This document shows positions 47,810 through 57,356 of a stretch of 64,000 nt of DNA, piece by piece. This stretch comes from Spirochaetia bacterium (GTDB lineage Bacteria; Spirochaetota; Spirochaetia; DSM-2461). The translations under genes and the position numbers were made by a program. Under the pieces are notes generated by a model, which worked only from the letters and a program-made list of their open reading frames with translations, searched no databases and was not told the origin of the DNA. Location of the stretch: NCBI GenBank assembly GCA_963668315.1, contig OY764216.1:1056001-1120000 (forward strand), given 5' to 3'. Each line of letters begins with the position of its first letter. Within the stretch, counting starts at the first letter, position 1.

Positions 47810-50017
47810 CTAGTAGTGCAGTCTCACGTCCAGTGATACGGAATAGGTGGCATCCGGATTTCCCTTGGAATCGTAAACGAGGTCACCCGATGTATCCCTT
47901 TCCAGAGCCGATGCCAGAACAAGGGCTATGTTCAGATAATCGGAAACGGGATAGACCACTTCTCCCGAAAAGGTTGTCTTTTCATCTATGAAGGACAGCC
48001 CGCCCCGGCCGACCGCGTCGGCAAAACCGGTTCGGGCGTATCCGATCGTTCCATAAACGCCGATGACGGGGATGACATTGGGCTTGAGGCTCAGGCTCAT
48101 CTGAAGGTAGTCATTCTCCGGTTCAAATCCTTCGCTTGTCCATAACCAGTTATATCCTGCGGAAAAATAGAGAATCTGGGCCAGGGTCATGCCGGCCTTT
48201 CCGTAGATACCCTGGCGGGGATCCACTTCATCGGCAGTATCGATATTATCCACATATGTCAGGATTTCCTTGATTCTCTCGCCCCGCATTTTATCATAGG
48301 TGCTGTTGTAAAAGCCGTGGTAGAAAACTCCGTCGGCGTACTGATATTCCAGTTTGTAATCCAGAATCAGCAGATTGCCCATCACGCCGGCAGAAGCGCC
48401 GTAGTTTCTGGGGAAGCTGTCATCATCAAGAAAATATTCCGTGCAGGGATCTCCGTCCACTATGGGGAACATGGACGCCACATCCGTATAGAACAGCATG
48501 GTGAGGGCCGGCCGTTCAATCAGGGGGAAATCCAGGTCCAGGGCAAAGTTCACCAGCATGGGGTCTCTGTCTATAAAGGACTGATCCATATCGGGATCAA
48601 GATCCTGTGCCGGATCCAGATCGGCGGCAGCGGAAAATCCCAGGGAGAGGGGGCCGAACAGTTTGAAAGCCAGCCTGGTTCCGATCACCTGGTTGAGGGG
48701 GCGGGAAAAATCTTCTCCCACCAGCTCGAAATCCCTTCTCTCGCCGTAGGCGCCCAGGTTCAGTCCCACCTTTCTTACCGCGGGGAATTCGGAATTGTTG
48801 TTGTAGTCGTTCATGAGGATGCCATGTCCCAGATTCACCCCGTTGTAGTTCCCGAAGGCGAAGTAGAAGGGATCCCGCTGTCTGCCCCATTTGAGGTATC
48901 GGATTTTCAGGAAAAGGTCCCCGAAGGCGTCGCTTAGGATATCCAGGGTGTCGTCCTGGTCCGTACCGAATGACCACTCATTGTTTCCGGCCGGTTTATA
49001 CCAGTCGTCGGGATCGAAAAGATTCTGGTTGTAGATAAAGGGGAGATAAAGGCTGGCTTCCAGTCTTCCCGCCTGGAAAGTCGGCTGGAACAGGAGTTTG
49101 GAATAGGTAACCCCGTCCACGGAGAAGGAGCCTACTTCCATGGCCAGTACGCCTCCAAGTATTCTCATGAGAGGATCGTCGCCGGGTTCCCCGTTAAGGG
49201 CCGGGGATGCGTCCTGCGGATCTCCCTCGCCCGCGGCGGTTTCGGCGGCCGGAGCTCCCGTGTCAGAGCTCATCGTTTCTTCGGATGCGGGTTCTTCTTC
49301 AGGGGCTTCCGCTGCAGCCGCTTCCGGCTCTTCGGCGGCCGGTTCCGCTTCCACGACAGGAGCCGCGTGGCCCGGGACGTCGGCCGGATTCAGCTGAACG
49401 AACTGCACATTCGAATAGAATCGGTTCATTTCATCCTGGGTCAGCCGGGACAGGGCGAAAATCTCCGCCGCTCCGTTCACCATGTTTCCCGTGGTGACCC
49501 GGAGGGTTTCCTCGGTGGCGGTTCTGGTGAAGTCCACCGCGCCGTCGGCAACGGCCAGAACATCGTCGGCGCTTAGTACGAAGTCGGTGCCCCTTATGCC
49601 GCAGATCGTATTCCGCGAAAAGAAGCTGTACCGGTCCTCCCTGTCGGTCAGTCTGGCGATAACCGCGCGGATTTTCCCATTCTTCACAGAGATATTGCTG
49701 GAGCCGACCGATCCCTTCTGAAGGGTATCAATGGACATCAGCGTCTCCCGGGCAATTTTAAGAATGGAGCCGCTCGGTTCCAGCCGAAGTTCCGCCGAAG
49801 TGGCTCCCGTCCGCAGGGAGGAACCGGCGGGAATGTCCATTCCCAGATAGACATCGAGAAGATTGCCCGCCCCGTCGGTAACGGTCATGGCCGTCTCGTC
49901 GTCGGCATAGACCAGCACGCCCCGGGGATCGCCGGAGGTCAGATCCTGAGCCTGAATGAAGAAGAGAGAGAGGGCAAATAACAGCCCCGTCAGAACTAAT
50001 TTATTAGGAAATTTCAT
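47810..50017 (-). CDS. Exported protein: FecR-like N-domain, Ala/Glu/Pro linker, beta-rich C-domain (possible outer-membrane barrel)
   Basis: Signal peptide; FecR-like LRTG...AEL..GS....CGIRGTDF; low-complexity linker; amphipathic beta-rich C-domain ending in an aromatic residue (LHY). Confidence 0.7.
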   Translation of the reverse strand: MKFPNKLVLTGLLFALSLFFIQAQDLTSGDPRGVLVYADDETAMTVTDGAGNLLDVYLGMDIPAGSSLRTGATSAELRLEPSGSILKIARETLMSIDTLQKGSVGSSNISVKNGKIRAVIARLTDREDRYSFFSRNTICGIRGTDFVLSADDVLAVADGAVDFTRTATEETLRVTTGNMVNGAAEIFALSRLTQDEMNRFYSNVQFVQLNPADVPGHAAPVVEAEPAAEEPEAAAAEAPEEEPASEETMSSDTGAPAAETAAGEGDPQDASPALNGEPGDDPLMRILGGVLAMEVGSFSVDGVTYSKLLFQPTFQAGRLEASLYLPFIYNQNLFDPDDWYKPAGNNEWSFGTDQDDTLDILSDAFGDLFLKIRYLKWGRQRDPFYFAFGNYNGVNLGHGILMNDYNNNSEFPAVRKVGLNLGAYGERRDFELVGEDFSRPLNQVIGTRLAFKLFGPLSLGFSAAADLDPAQDLDPDMDQSFIDRDPMLVNFALDLDFPLIERPALTMLFYTDVASMFPIVDGDPCTEYFLDDDSFPRNYGASAGVMGNLLILDYKLEYQYADGVFYHGFYNSTYDKMRGERIKEILTYVDNIDTADEVDPRQGIYGKAGMTLAQILYFSAGYNWLWTSEGFEPENDYLQMSLSLKPNVIPVIGVYGTIGYARTGFADAVGRGGLSFIDEKTTFSGEVVYPVSDYLNIALVLASALERDTSGDLVYDSKGNPDATYSVSLDVRLHY

Positions 50018-50026
50018 GTCAGCCTC

Positions 50027-51448
50027 CTAGTTTGTTGCTATGGTCGTCATCAGCTTGGCCGATGTGTCGAATTCATCGGTAGACGGATTGTACCGGAAAT
50101 CGTATCCAAGGGTTATGACCGCCGGTCCGGTTCGGTAATTGACGGCGGCGCCGATGACGGCTCCCACCGGATGAAACGTATCCGGGAAGGAGGTAATGTA
50201 TTTCTTGTCGTAATAGGCATCCAGGGAGACATTGGGGATAATTCCCTCTCCCAGGGTGAACATCATGGCCACGTGGGGGAACTGGGCTTCGCTGTAGTTC
50301 AGCTTGTCCTCTTCGTCCGTGGTGGGTACTCCGTCGAAGGGGCCTTCAATCATGGCGTTGAAAACGATGGTATCCTGCAGCAGGGAGAATCCCGTGGAGG
50401 CCAGCCATCCCACCATGGCGGGAGAACCGCTGACGGCTCCGGAAAGAACGGCATATTTCTGGGCCCGGTAGAGGTCGTAGGATCGATCGAAATAGGTAGG
50501 AATGAAGTTTTCGCCCAGTATGCGAATCTGAGCGGTGTAGGGAATGACTTTGATCAGTCTTCCCCCGAATCCGATCATTTCTCCCGTGGCCGTGTCGCTG
50601 TTGTCCCCGGTCCCCGGCTGGGCGGCGAAGGCGGTAAAAGCGGCCAGATTGATAATCTCATTGGAAAGGAGGGGCTGAATCAGGTCGGCTCCCCATGTCA
50701 GGGCCGTATCGATGGGGGTCGTCAGCTTATCTCCGCTGACGGAGTAGATTGTATCGAGCTCGGTAAAATACTCCTCCCTGTAGGCCGGATCTCTGTCGGC
50801 GGCTATGGTAAAGCCCACTTCCAGGTTCTGGAGCAGCCGGTTCTCCGACAGAATGAGAGGTCTCAGGAAAAGGCGTGATCCCACCACATCCATGGCGGCC
50901 ATGTTTCCCACGAAGGTTTCGATTCCCAGCAGGGGAAAGTTGACCAGAGCCCCGTCAAAGTCAAGGGCCAGTCCCAGGAGGCGGCTATCGGGCAGAAACA
51001 TGGTATTGGCGTAGTTTCCCATAATGAAGCCCGTTCCCAGGGTCCCGTTGTTTATGGAGCCGAACTGGGCATAGAGGGGATCTCCCTTCCGGCCGTATCT
51101 CACATAGGCGAATTTGGAGAGGTAGAGCTCCAGCCAGGCGCTCAGGGTATCGTCCTCAGGCACCCAGTCCTCGTCTCTGAAGTAAAGAAACTCACCCCCG
51201 GAGCCTGAACGGACATGGAAAGAGAGGTCAAGGGCCACGCCCCATTTCCCTATGGAAAATTCCGGGAGAACTCCGATCTTCTGATAGGATATCTCCTCCC
51301 CGTCTGCGCCGTCGTTGAATGTCTGGACTCCCAGCCCGATTCCCATATTGAAAGCAAAGGCTGAGTCTTCCCCTTCCTGTGCCGAGAGAACCGGGGGAGC
51401 TAAAAAGAGGGCTGTTATGATGATTAACCAAGTGTGCCTTATTTTCAT
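50027..51448 (-). CDS. Exported beta-rich protein paralogous to the C-domain of the downstream gene
   Basis: Signal peptide; KFAYVRYGRKGDPLYAQFG...TLGTGFIMGNYAN aligns with KIRYLKWGRQRDPFYFAFG...NLGHGILMNDYNN. Confidence 0.72.
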   Translation of the reverse strand: MKIRHTWLIIITALFLAPPVLSAQEGEDSAFAFNMGIGLGVQTFNDGADGEEISYQKIGVLPEFSIGKWGVALDLSFHVRSGSGGEFLYFRDEDWVPEDDTLSAWLELYLSKFAYVRYGRKGDPLYAQFGSINNGTLGTGFIMGNYANTMFLPDSRLLGLALDFDGALVNFPLLGIETFVGNMAAMDVVGSRLFLRPLILSENRLLQNLEVGFTIAADRDPAYREEYFTELDTIYSVSGDKLTTPIDTALTWGADLIQPLLSNEIINLAAFTAFAAQPGTGDNSDTATGEMIGFGGRLIKVIPYTAQIRILGENFIPTYFDRSYDLYRAQKYAVLSGAVSGSPAMVGWLASTGFSLLQDTIVFNAMIEGPFDGVPTTDEEDKLNYSEAQFPHVAMMFTLGEGIIPNVSLDAYYDKKYITSFPDTFHPVGAVIGAAVNYRTGPAVITLGYDFRYNPSTDEFDTSAKLMTTIATN

Positions 51449-51601
51449 TATCTATCTCCTGTCACTACCTATTATAGAGTAATTTTCCCGTGAGAACCAT
51501 ATTTCGGGAAGTTCCTTTATGAAACGCCCTTATATTTCAGGGAAAATACCGTTTTCTTTTGCCAAAATAAGGATTTAGCTGTATATTATTGAGGGAGGGG
51601 G

Positions 51602-53704
51602 ATGCCGTTAACGATGCAGTCGTTGAGCGAGGCTATTCAGGAAAGGGATGATCTCATCGGCAAAGTCGATTATTATAATCGGTATTTTGCAGAGAGACGT
51701 GTCGAGTACCCCCTTGAAGTCCTTGATCTGTCGGAAGATGCTCTGCGCTGCGGCCATCGCATCGCCTACAGCCAGGGCGTTTTCCAGACGCTGATTCACA
51801 GAGCCTATTCCTATATTCAGATCTCCGAAATGAACCAGGCCGAAGAGGAGATAGGCAAGTTGAAGCAGCTCTTTTCCGAAGAGGCCGCCTGGGACAGAAG
51901 CAACATGTATTTTTATCATCTGCTCTGCCTTTACTACTGCGGCAAAACCTACCACGGGCTCTGCTATGACTATGCCTACCGCTGTCTGGCCCTGGCCCGT
52001 AAGCTTTCTGAACACAGAATCAGCGCTTCGGTCCTGGATGTTCTGGGGCAGATTAACGGAAAAATGAAAATCTACGACAAGGCCCTGTCCTTCTTTGATG
52101 AGGCCCGGGAGTCCCTGGCCGCAGAGGAGGATATCTACCTCTCCAGTATAATCAACTGTCACCGGGGGGAGATTTTCGCCCTTATGGGGAATGTATCCCG
52201 GGCACGCTGCAGCTTTCATGACGGCTACCGCCTCATCAAGAAGGAATCGGTCGGATCACGGGGGTATGCCTGGGTCTTGAAAAAGTTCGCCGCCTTTGAG
52301 GAAGGGGCGGGAAATCTGGCCACCGCGGAATATCTCTACGAGGAAGCTCTCAATACCCTTGAGAGCAACGGCTATAACGATCTGGCGGCCGAGTTCCGGC
52401 TGAATCTGGGACGGCTTCTGCTGAAAAGGGGGGAGGAGAAAGGGGTTAAGCTGCTTCTTGATCAGCGGACATCCCTTCTGGGAAAGGGGCGCTACGAGGA
52501 TGTCCTTTCCCTCGGCGATCTGATTGCTAAGCATTATATGGAAAAGGGTGATTATCGTGTCGCCGCCGATGAGCTCAAGCTGCTCCGGGAGATTTCGAAA
52601 AAAATGCAGCATATTCGGGAAAAGGAGGATCACAACTCCTGCGAAAGGGACTTGTGGGCGGTGAGCCGGGAGTACATGAAGCGAGTCAGCGAGCTGGGAA
52701 GCCGCCTGGTCGCCTGCCGGAACAGGGAGGATATTTTCCGGGTTTTGACGGAGGCCCTGGGGTTTCTCAAGGACGAGGACGGGCTGTTTGTTGTGGAAGA
52801 GAAGTCCGCTTCCCAGCTGGAGCTGATCTACGGACGGATGGGCGGCGTCACAGTGGAACCCCGTCTTTACGGGTATGATCCGGAGACGGATCTTGCCGCG
52901 TATTGCCTTAGAAAAGATCAATCTCTGCTCATAGACGATTTCAATGAGGAGAAGGGGTTCTTCTTGTCCCGTAAGGTGATGGGAATTATGTTCGATGAGG
53001 ATTTCCCTCCCTCCCGCTCCCTTCTGAACATTGTCTTCAAACGGGAGGAGACCCGGTGCGTTATCTCTCTGCAGAGCAGAGAAAGGAAGGCCTTCCGTTT
53101 TCATCAGCTGGAATTTCTGAAATCCCTTTTGCCCTTTGTGTCGGTCGCTCTGGATAACGAGCAGAAAACCGGAGTGATTCTGAAGCTTTCTTCCCTGGAC
53201 AGTCTGACTGAATTGTGCAACCGCCGGGAGTTCATGAGGCTGCTCAATAACAGCTGGTGCGCTCACAGCCGCAGTGGAGATCCGCTGTCCCTGCTTATGA
53301 TCGATATTGATTATTTCAAATCCATTAACGACGCCTATGGCCATAAGGCAGGAGACGAGGGACTTAAAAGTCTTTCCCGTCTGCTGGAAAGCCATTTTAA
53401 GCGGACGACCGATGTCTGCTGCCGATATGGGGGAGAGGAGTTCATCATACTTTCCGGCTATACGGATGAAGAAACCTGTCAGTTGAAAGCGGAGAAGATG
53501 AGAAGAGATGTGGAAGAGCATATCTTTCAGGTCGAAGAGCATAAATTGTCATTCACCGTAAGCATCGGAACGGTAACGATAGTTCCCACAGAAGAAGTAA
53601 ATGTGGAAAAAATTATCCGTGATGCCGACGTATCACTTTATGAAGCAAAGAATAATGGGCGAAACTGCGTCGTCAGCTGCAAGGGCGTATCCCTCTCCGC
53701 ATAA
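51602..53704 (+). CDS. TPR-GAF-GGDEF diguanylate cyclase
   Basis: TPR-like helical N-terminus, GAF-like middle, DIDYFKSIND.YGH..GD, RTTD I-site, RYGGEEF. Confidence 0.9.
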   Translation: MPLTMQSLSEAIQERDDLIGKVDYYNRYFAERRVEYPLEVLDLSEDALRCGHRIAYSQGVFQTLIHRAYSYIQISEMNQAEEEIGKLKQLFSEEAAWDRSNMYFYHLLCLYYCGKTYHGLCYDYAYRCLALARKLSEHRISASVLDVLGQINGKMKIYDKALSFFDEARESLAAEEDIYLSSIINCHRGEIFALMGNVSRARCSFHDGYRLIKKESVGSRGYAWVLKKFAAFEEGAGNLATAEYLYEEALNTLESNGYNDLAAEFRLNLGRLLLKRGEEKGVKLLLDQRTSLLGKGRYEDVLSLGDLIAKHYMEKGDYRVAADELKLLREISKKMQHIREKEDHNSCERDLWAVSREYMKRVSELGSRLVACRNREDIFRVLTEALGFLKDEDGLFVVEEKSASQLELIYGRMGGVTVEPRLYGYDPETDLAAYCLRKDQSLLIDDFNEEKGFFLSRKVMGIMFDEDFPPSRSLLNIVFKREETRCVISLQSRERKAFRFHQLEFLKSLLPFVSVALDNEQKTGVILKLSSLDSLTELCNRREFMRLLNNSWCAHSRSGDPLSLLMIDIDYFKSINDAYGHKAGDEGLKSLSRLLESHFKRTTDVCCRYGGEEFIILSGYTDEETCQLKAEKMRRDVEEHIFQVEEHKLSFTVSIGTVTIVPTEEVNVEKIIRDADVSLYEAKNNGRNCVVSCKGVSLSA

Positions 53705-53734
53705 GAAAATATAGGAAAAACTATATATTTTTGC

Positions 53735-53789
53735 TTGAAATTTCCGTGAGCATACATTATACTCGTAATATATTATAATCCTAATATAT
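53735..53789 (+). promoter_or_regulatory. Promoter and palindromic operator upstream of the persulfide reductase gene
   Basis: TTGAAA-17-TATACT, then ATATATTA-N6-TAATATAT (53768-53789). Confidence 0.6.
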
Positions 53790-53820
53790 CGATATTAAAT
53801 TATATAAACGGGAGTAACGG

Positions 53821-56313
53821 ATGAAAGTTGTTATCATAGGAGGAGTGGCAGGCGGTGCTACTGCGGCTGCCCGGTTACGGCGGCAGGATGAGAAAGCGGA
53901 AATTATCATGTATGAGAAGGGCGAGTATATCAGCTATGCCAACTGCGGCCTTCCCTATTACATCGGAGATACCATTTCGGAGCGGGAGCGCCTTTTTGTT
54001 CAGACTCCGGAGAGCTTCAACGGTATCCTGAATGTTAATGTGAAAACCCGTCACGAAGTTTTAAAAATCAATCGGGAAGCAAAAAGCGTTACCCTTAAGA
54101 ATCTTGCTACAGGTGACACCTATGATGACAGCTATGATAAGCTGATCCTTTCTCCCGGGGCGGAACCCATCAAACCGCCCATTCCCGGAATCGACTCAAA
54201 ACGGGTCTACACCATGCGCAATGTTACCGATACGGATGCCATTAAAACAGCGGTGGAAGAGGGGAAACCCAAAAGAGCCGTTGTCATAGGCGCCGGTTTC
54301 ATCGGGCTGGAAATGGCGGAGAACCTTCATGAAAAGGGGATTTTCGTCACCGTCGTCGAGGCGGTTGACCAGGTCATGGGCATTCTCGATTATGAGATGG
54401 CCGCTGAGGTCCACTCCCAGCTGAAACAGAAGGGCGTTGAGCTCTACCTGAGCGACGGGGTCACCAAATTCGAGGATACGGACAACCTGGTCAGGCTGAC
54501 TCTGCAGAGCGGCAAGGTCCTGGATGCGGATATGGTCATCCTTTCCATCGGAGTCAAGCCGGACACGAAACTGGCTTCCGAAGCAGGATTGACCATAGGG
54601 AAATTCGGCGGCATCTGGGTCAACGACAAGATGCAGACCAGTGATCCCGATATTTTCTCCCTGGGTGATGCCATTGAATTCCCCAGTCCTCTGACCGGTG
54701 ACTCTCTTCGTACTCCCCTGGCCGGACCGGCCAACAAGCAGGGACGCATCGTGGCGGATAACGTCATCAAGGCCATGGCGGGGGAGGAACTTATTTCGTT
54801 CAAGGGTTCCCTCGGAACGGGTATCGCCAAGGTTTTTGACCTGACGGTGGCCTCTACGGGACTTTCGGAGAAGCAGCTGGCCCGCCTTGGAAAGACCGAT
54901 GTCAAGTCACTCATTATTCACGGCAGCTCCCATGCGGGATACTATCCCGATGCCCACCCGCTGACCGTAAAAATCGTATACGACAGGGAGGGAAAGCTTT
55001 ACGGGGCCCAGGCCGTGGGATACGACGGTGTGGATAAGCGAATTGATATGATTGCCGCGGTTATGGGGATGGGCGGCACGGTTTATGATCTTCAGGAAAT
55101 AGAGCATGCCTACGCGCCGCCCTTTTCCAGCGCCAAAGACCCGGTGAATATCGCCGGTTTTACCGCGGAGAATATTCTTAAGGGCCGGTCCACCCATATC
55201 ACCTGGAGAGAGCTGAGAGATCTTCCCGAGGAGGAGAGGTTCATCCTGGATGTGAGAACCCCCGATGAGTTCGGACTGGGAACCATATCGGGAGCCTACA
55301 ATATTCCCCAGCCGGAAGTTCGGAGCCGTCTGGGAGAGATCCCGCGGGACAGAAAGATTGTCCTGCTCTGCGGAGTGGGCAAGCGTGCCTACATGGTGGA
55401 ACGTATACTTAAGCAGGAAGGTTTTGACGCCTGTATTCTCTCCGGCGGGCTCAAGATCTATTCGGCGGCCACGGCCGTTCAGAGTAATGAAAACCTCTGG
55501 GAAAGCCAGCAGGTCATCAGGCCTCTGAAACAGGGAGAGGCGACCAACGAGAGTCTGCCCCTTTCCATTGACGTACAGACCATCGAAGTGGATGCATGCG
55601 GTCTTCAGTGCCCCGGCCCCATTCTCAAGCTGAAAACCGAAATTGAAAAGCTTCATCCCGGAGAAATGCTCAGGGAAGTGGCTACCGATCCGGGATTCGC
55701 CAAGGATGTGTACGCCTGGGCCAAGATGACCGGCAACCATGTCATTTCCGTTGAACAGAAAGGCCCGAAAGTTTCGGCCCTCGTGCAGAGAGGCAAACCC
55801 AAAGGGGCCGCCCCTGCCGCGGGCCAGGCTGCCAATCTGCCTCAGGACGGAACCAGCATGGTCGTCTTTTCCGATGATATGGACAAAGCCCTCGCCTCCT
55901 TTGTTATTGCCAACGGGGCTGCGGCTGCGGGAAAAAAAGTAACCCTTTTCTTTACCTTTTGGGGTTTATCGATTATAAAGAAAGTAGGACCTGTTCGTGT
56001 TAAGAAGGATTTCATGGGAAAGATGTTCGGTATGATGCTTCCCAATCACAGCAAAAAGCTGGGCCTTTCCAAGATGAACATGGGCGGCCTGGGGGCTGTC
56101 ATGATGAGGTCCCGTATGAAGGCCCAGGGAGTTGACTCCCTTGAGACGATGATTCAGACAGCGGTGGATGCCGGCGTCAAGCTGGTCGCCTGCCAGATGT
56201 CTATGGATGTTATGGGTGTTAAGAAGGAAGAGTTGTTGGATTGCGTGGAGATTGGCGGAGTCGCCAGTTTCCTCGAATCCACCGATGACGCACAGGCAAC
56301 TTTGTTCATTTAA
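53821..56313 (+). CDS. CoA-disulfide/persulfide reductase fused to rhodanese, TusA/SirA and DsrE domains
   Basis: GGVAGG, SYANCGLPY, YAPPF; rhodanese LDVRTPDEF..LCGVGKRA; TusA DACGLQCPGP; DsrE FFTFWGL..ACQMSMDVMG. Confidence 0.92.
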   Translation: MKVVIIGGVAGGATAAARLRRQDEKAEIIMYEKGEYISYANCGLPYYIGDTISERERLFVQTPESFNGILNVNVKTRHEVLKINREAKSVTLKNLATGDTYDDSYDKLILSPGAEPIKPPIPGIDSKRVYTMRNVTDTDAIKTAVEEGKPKRAVVIGAGFIGLEMAENLHEKGIFVTVVEAVDQVMGILDYEMAAEVHSQLKQKGVELYLSDGVTKFEDTDNLVRLTLQSGKVLDADMVILSIGVKPDTKLASEAGLTIGKFGGIWVNDKMQTSDPDIFSLGDAIEFPSPLTGDSLRTPLAGPANKQGRIVADNVIKAMAGEELISFKGSLGTGIAKVFDLTVASTGLSEKQLARLGKTDVKSLIIHGSSHAGYYPDAHPLTVKIVYDREGKLYGAQAVGYDGVDKRIDMIAAVMGMGGTVYDLQEIEHAYAPPFSSAKDPVNIAGFTAENILKGRSTHITWRELRDLPEEERFILDVRTPDEFGLGTISGAYNIPQPEVRSRLGEIPRDRKIVLLCGVGKRAYMVERILKQEGFDACILSGGLKIYSAATAVQSNENLWESQQVIRPLKQGEATNESLPLSIDVQTIEVDACGLQCPGPILKLKTEIEKLHPGEMLREVATDPGFAKDVYAWAKMTGNHVISVEQKGPKVSALVQRGKPKGAAPAAGQAANLPQDGTSMVVFSDDMDKALASFVIANGAAAAGKKVTLFFTFWGLSIIKKVGPVRVKKDFMGKMFGMMLPNHSKKLGLSKMNMGGLGAVMMRSRMKAQGVDSLETMIQTAVDAGVKLVACQMSMDVMGVKKEELLDCVEIGGVASFLESTDDAQATLFI

Positions 56314-56333
56314 AAAGAACCCCATGTAAAAAG

Positions 56334-56371
56334 AAAAAACGCCCCGGACCAAGTTCACGGGGCGTTTTTTT
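56334..56371. terminator. Bidirectional intrinsic terminator
   Basis: AAAAAACGCCCCG...CGGGGCGTTTTTT between convergent genes; overlaps the capA-like stop. Confidence 0.85.
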
Positions 56372-57311
56372 GGGGCTCCTCCTCTACGGTTGTCCCATCC
56401 GGCTTCAAGCTGACAAAGCTTTCCCGGTACTTTACCCGCCGTCCCCTTACTCCGAATTCCGCTTCCAGAAGGAGTCCTCTGCGGGTCTCCGGGGAAAAGT
56501 ATTGATCGAAGATGAAATTCCCCAGGGAGTAATACACCGGGACTCCGCCGATAATCTCGCGGGGCTGTATGACATGGGGATGGCTCCCGACAACGAGATC
56601 CGCTCCGGCCTCGATGAATGTTTTTGCCAGGGTCCTCTGCCGTACCGAAGGTTCCGTCCTGTACTCCTCCCCCCAGTGGCAGTACATAATCTGGATATCG
56701 CTCCGGTGAACTTTCTCCTTAAGCGTCTCAAGGGCGGTCTCCTCTCCCCCTTGTGTGAATTGGTTGTAATTGATGAAGCACAGCCTTATACCGCCTTTTT
56801 CCAGAAGGAGATAATTTTTTCCTTCGTCCTTCCCGTTATCTCCGAACCAGCGCAGACCGTATTTTTCAAGGTACCGGTAAGTCTCCTCTCTCTCTTCCTT
56901 TCCGAAAGCACCCATATGGTTGTTTCCCGTGTTGAGAATGGCAATCCCGTTTCTCCTGAGCAGTTCCAGAGCCGCCGGTTCCATTCGGAGAAGAAAATTT
57001 TCCCGACTGCCGTAGGCCGTGCCGCGGCTCAGGGAGGGATTTGTGCTGACGGGAGCTTCCAGGTTGGCGATGATGAAGTCCGCATCGGCGAGGGAGGGGA
57101 GAGGGAGGGGCAGAATGAAACCGTAGGGATTCTCATCATCCGGGGAGTATTCGGCCCGTGTTCTGAAGTACCGGTCCATCATAATGTCACCGGCGAAGAC
57201 AATTTTTACTTTTCTGCCGGTTATCCCCCGGGGGATAAGCAGACCGGCGGCGAGAAAGGGTATAATAAAAAGGGCGTAAAAAAGGTATCTCTTGCGTAAT
57301 TCTACTTTCAT
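56355..57311 (-). CDS. CapA/PGA_cap-family metallophosphoesterase, membrane-anchored
   Basis: N-terminal TM; FAGDIM, ANLEAP, GNNH, HWGEEY, GSHPHV, YSLGNFIFDQ. Confidence 0.9.
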   Translation of the reverse strand: MKVELRKRYLFYALFIIPFLAAGLLIPRGITGRKVKIVFAGDIMMDRYFRTRAEYSPDDENPYGFILPLPLPSLADADFIIANLEAPVSTNPSLSRGTAYGSRENFLLRMEPAALELLRRNGIAILNTGNNHMGAFGKEEREETYRYLEKYGLRWFGDNGKDEGKNYLLLEKGGIRLCFINYNQFTQGGEETALETLKEKVHRSDIQIMYCHWGEEYRTEPSVRQRTLAKTFIEAGADLVVGSHPHVIQPREIIGGVPVYYSLGNFIFDQYFSPETRRGLLLEAEFGVRGRRVKYRESFVSLKPDGTTVEEEPQKNAP

Positions 57312-57356
57312 GTTTATTATTCCCAGATTGTATCAGAATCATGGGGGGAGAGAGAA

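Noticed and set aside
49200..49400. Repetitive GC-rich stretch as a tandem repeat or array
   Set aside because: It encodes the Ala/Glu/Pro linker of the FecR-domain protein; there is no fixed repeat unit.
56355..57311. Poly-gamma-glutamate capsule locus
   Set aside because: No capB/capC (pgsB/pgsC) nearby; the CapA domain alone is widespread.
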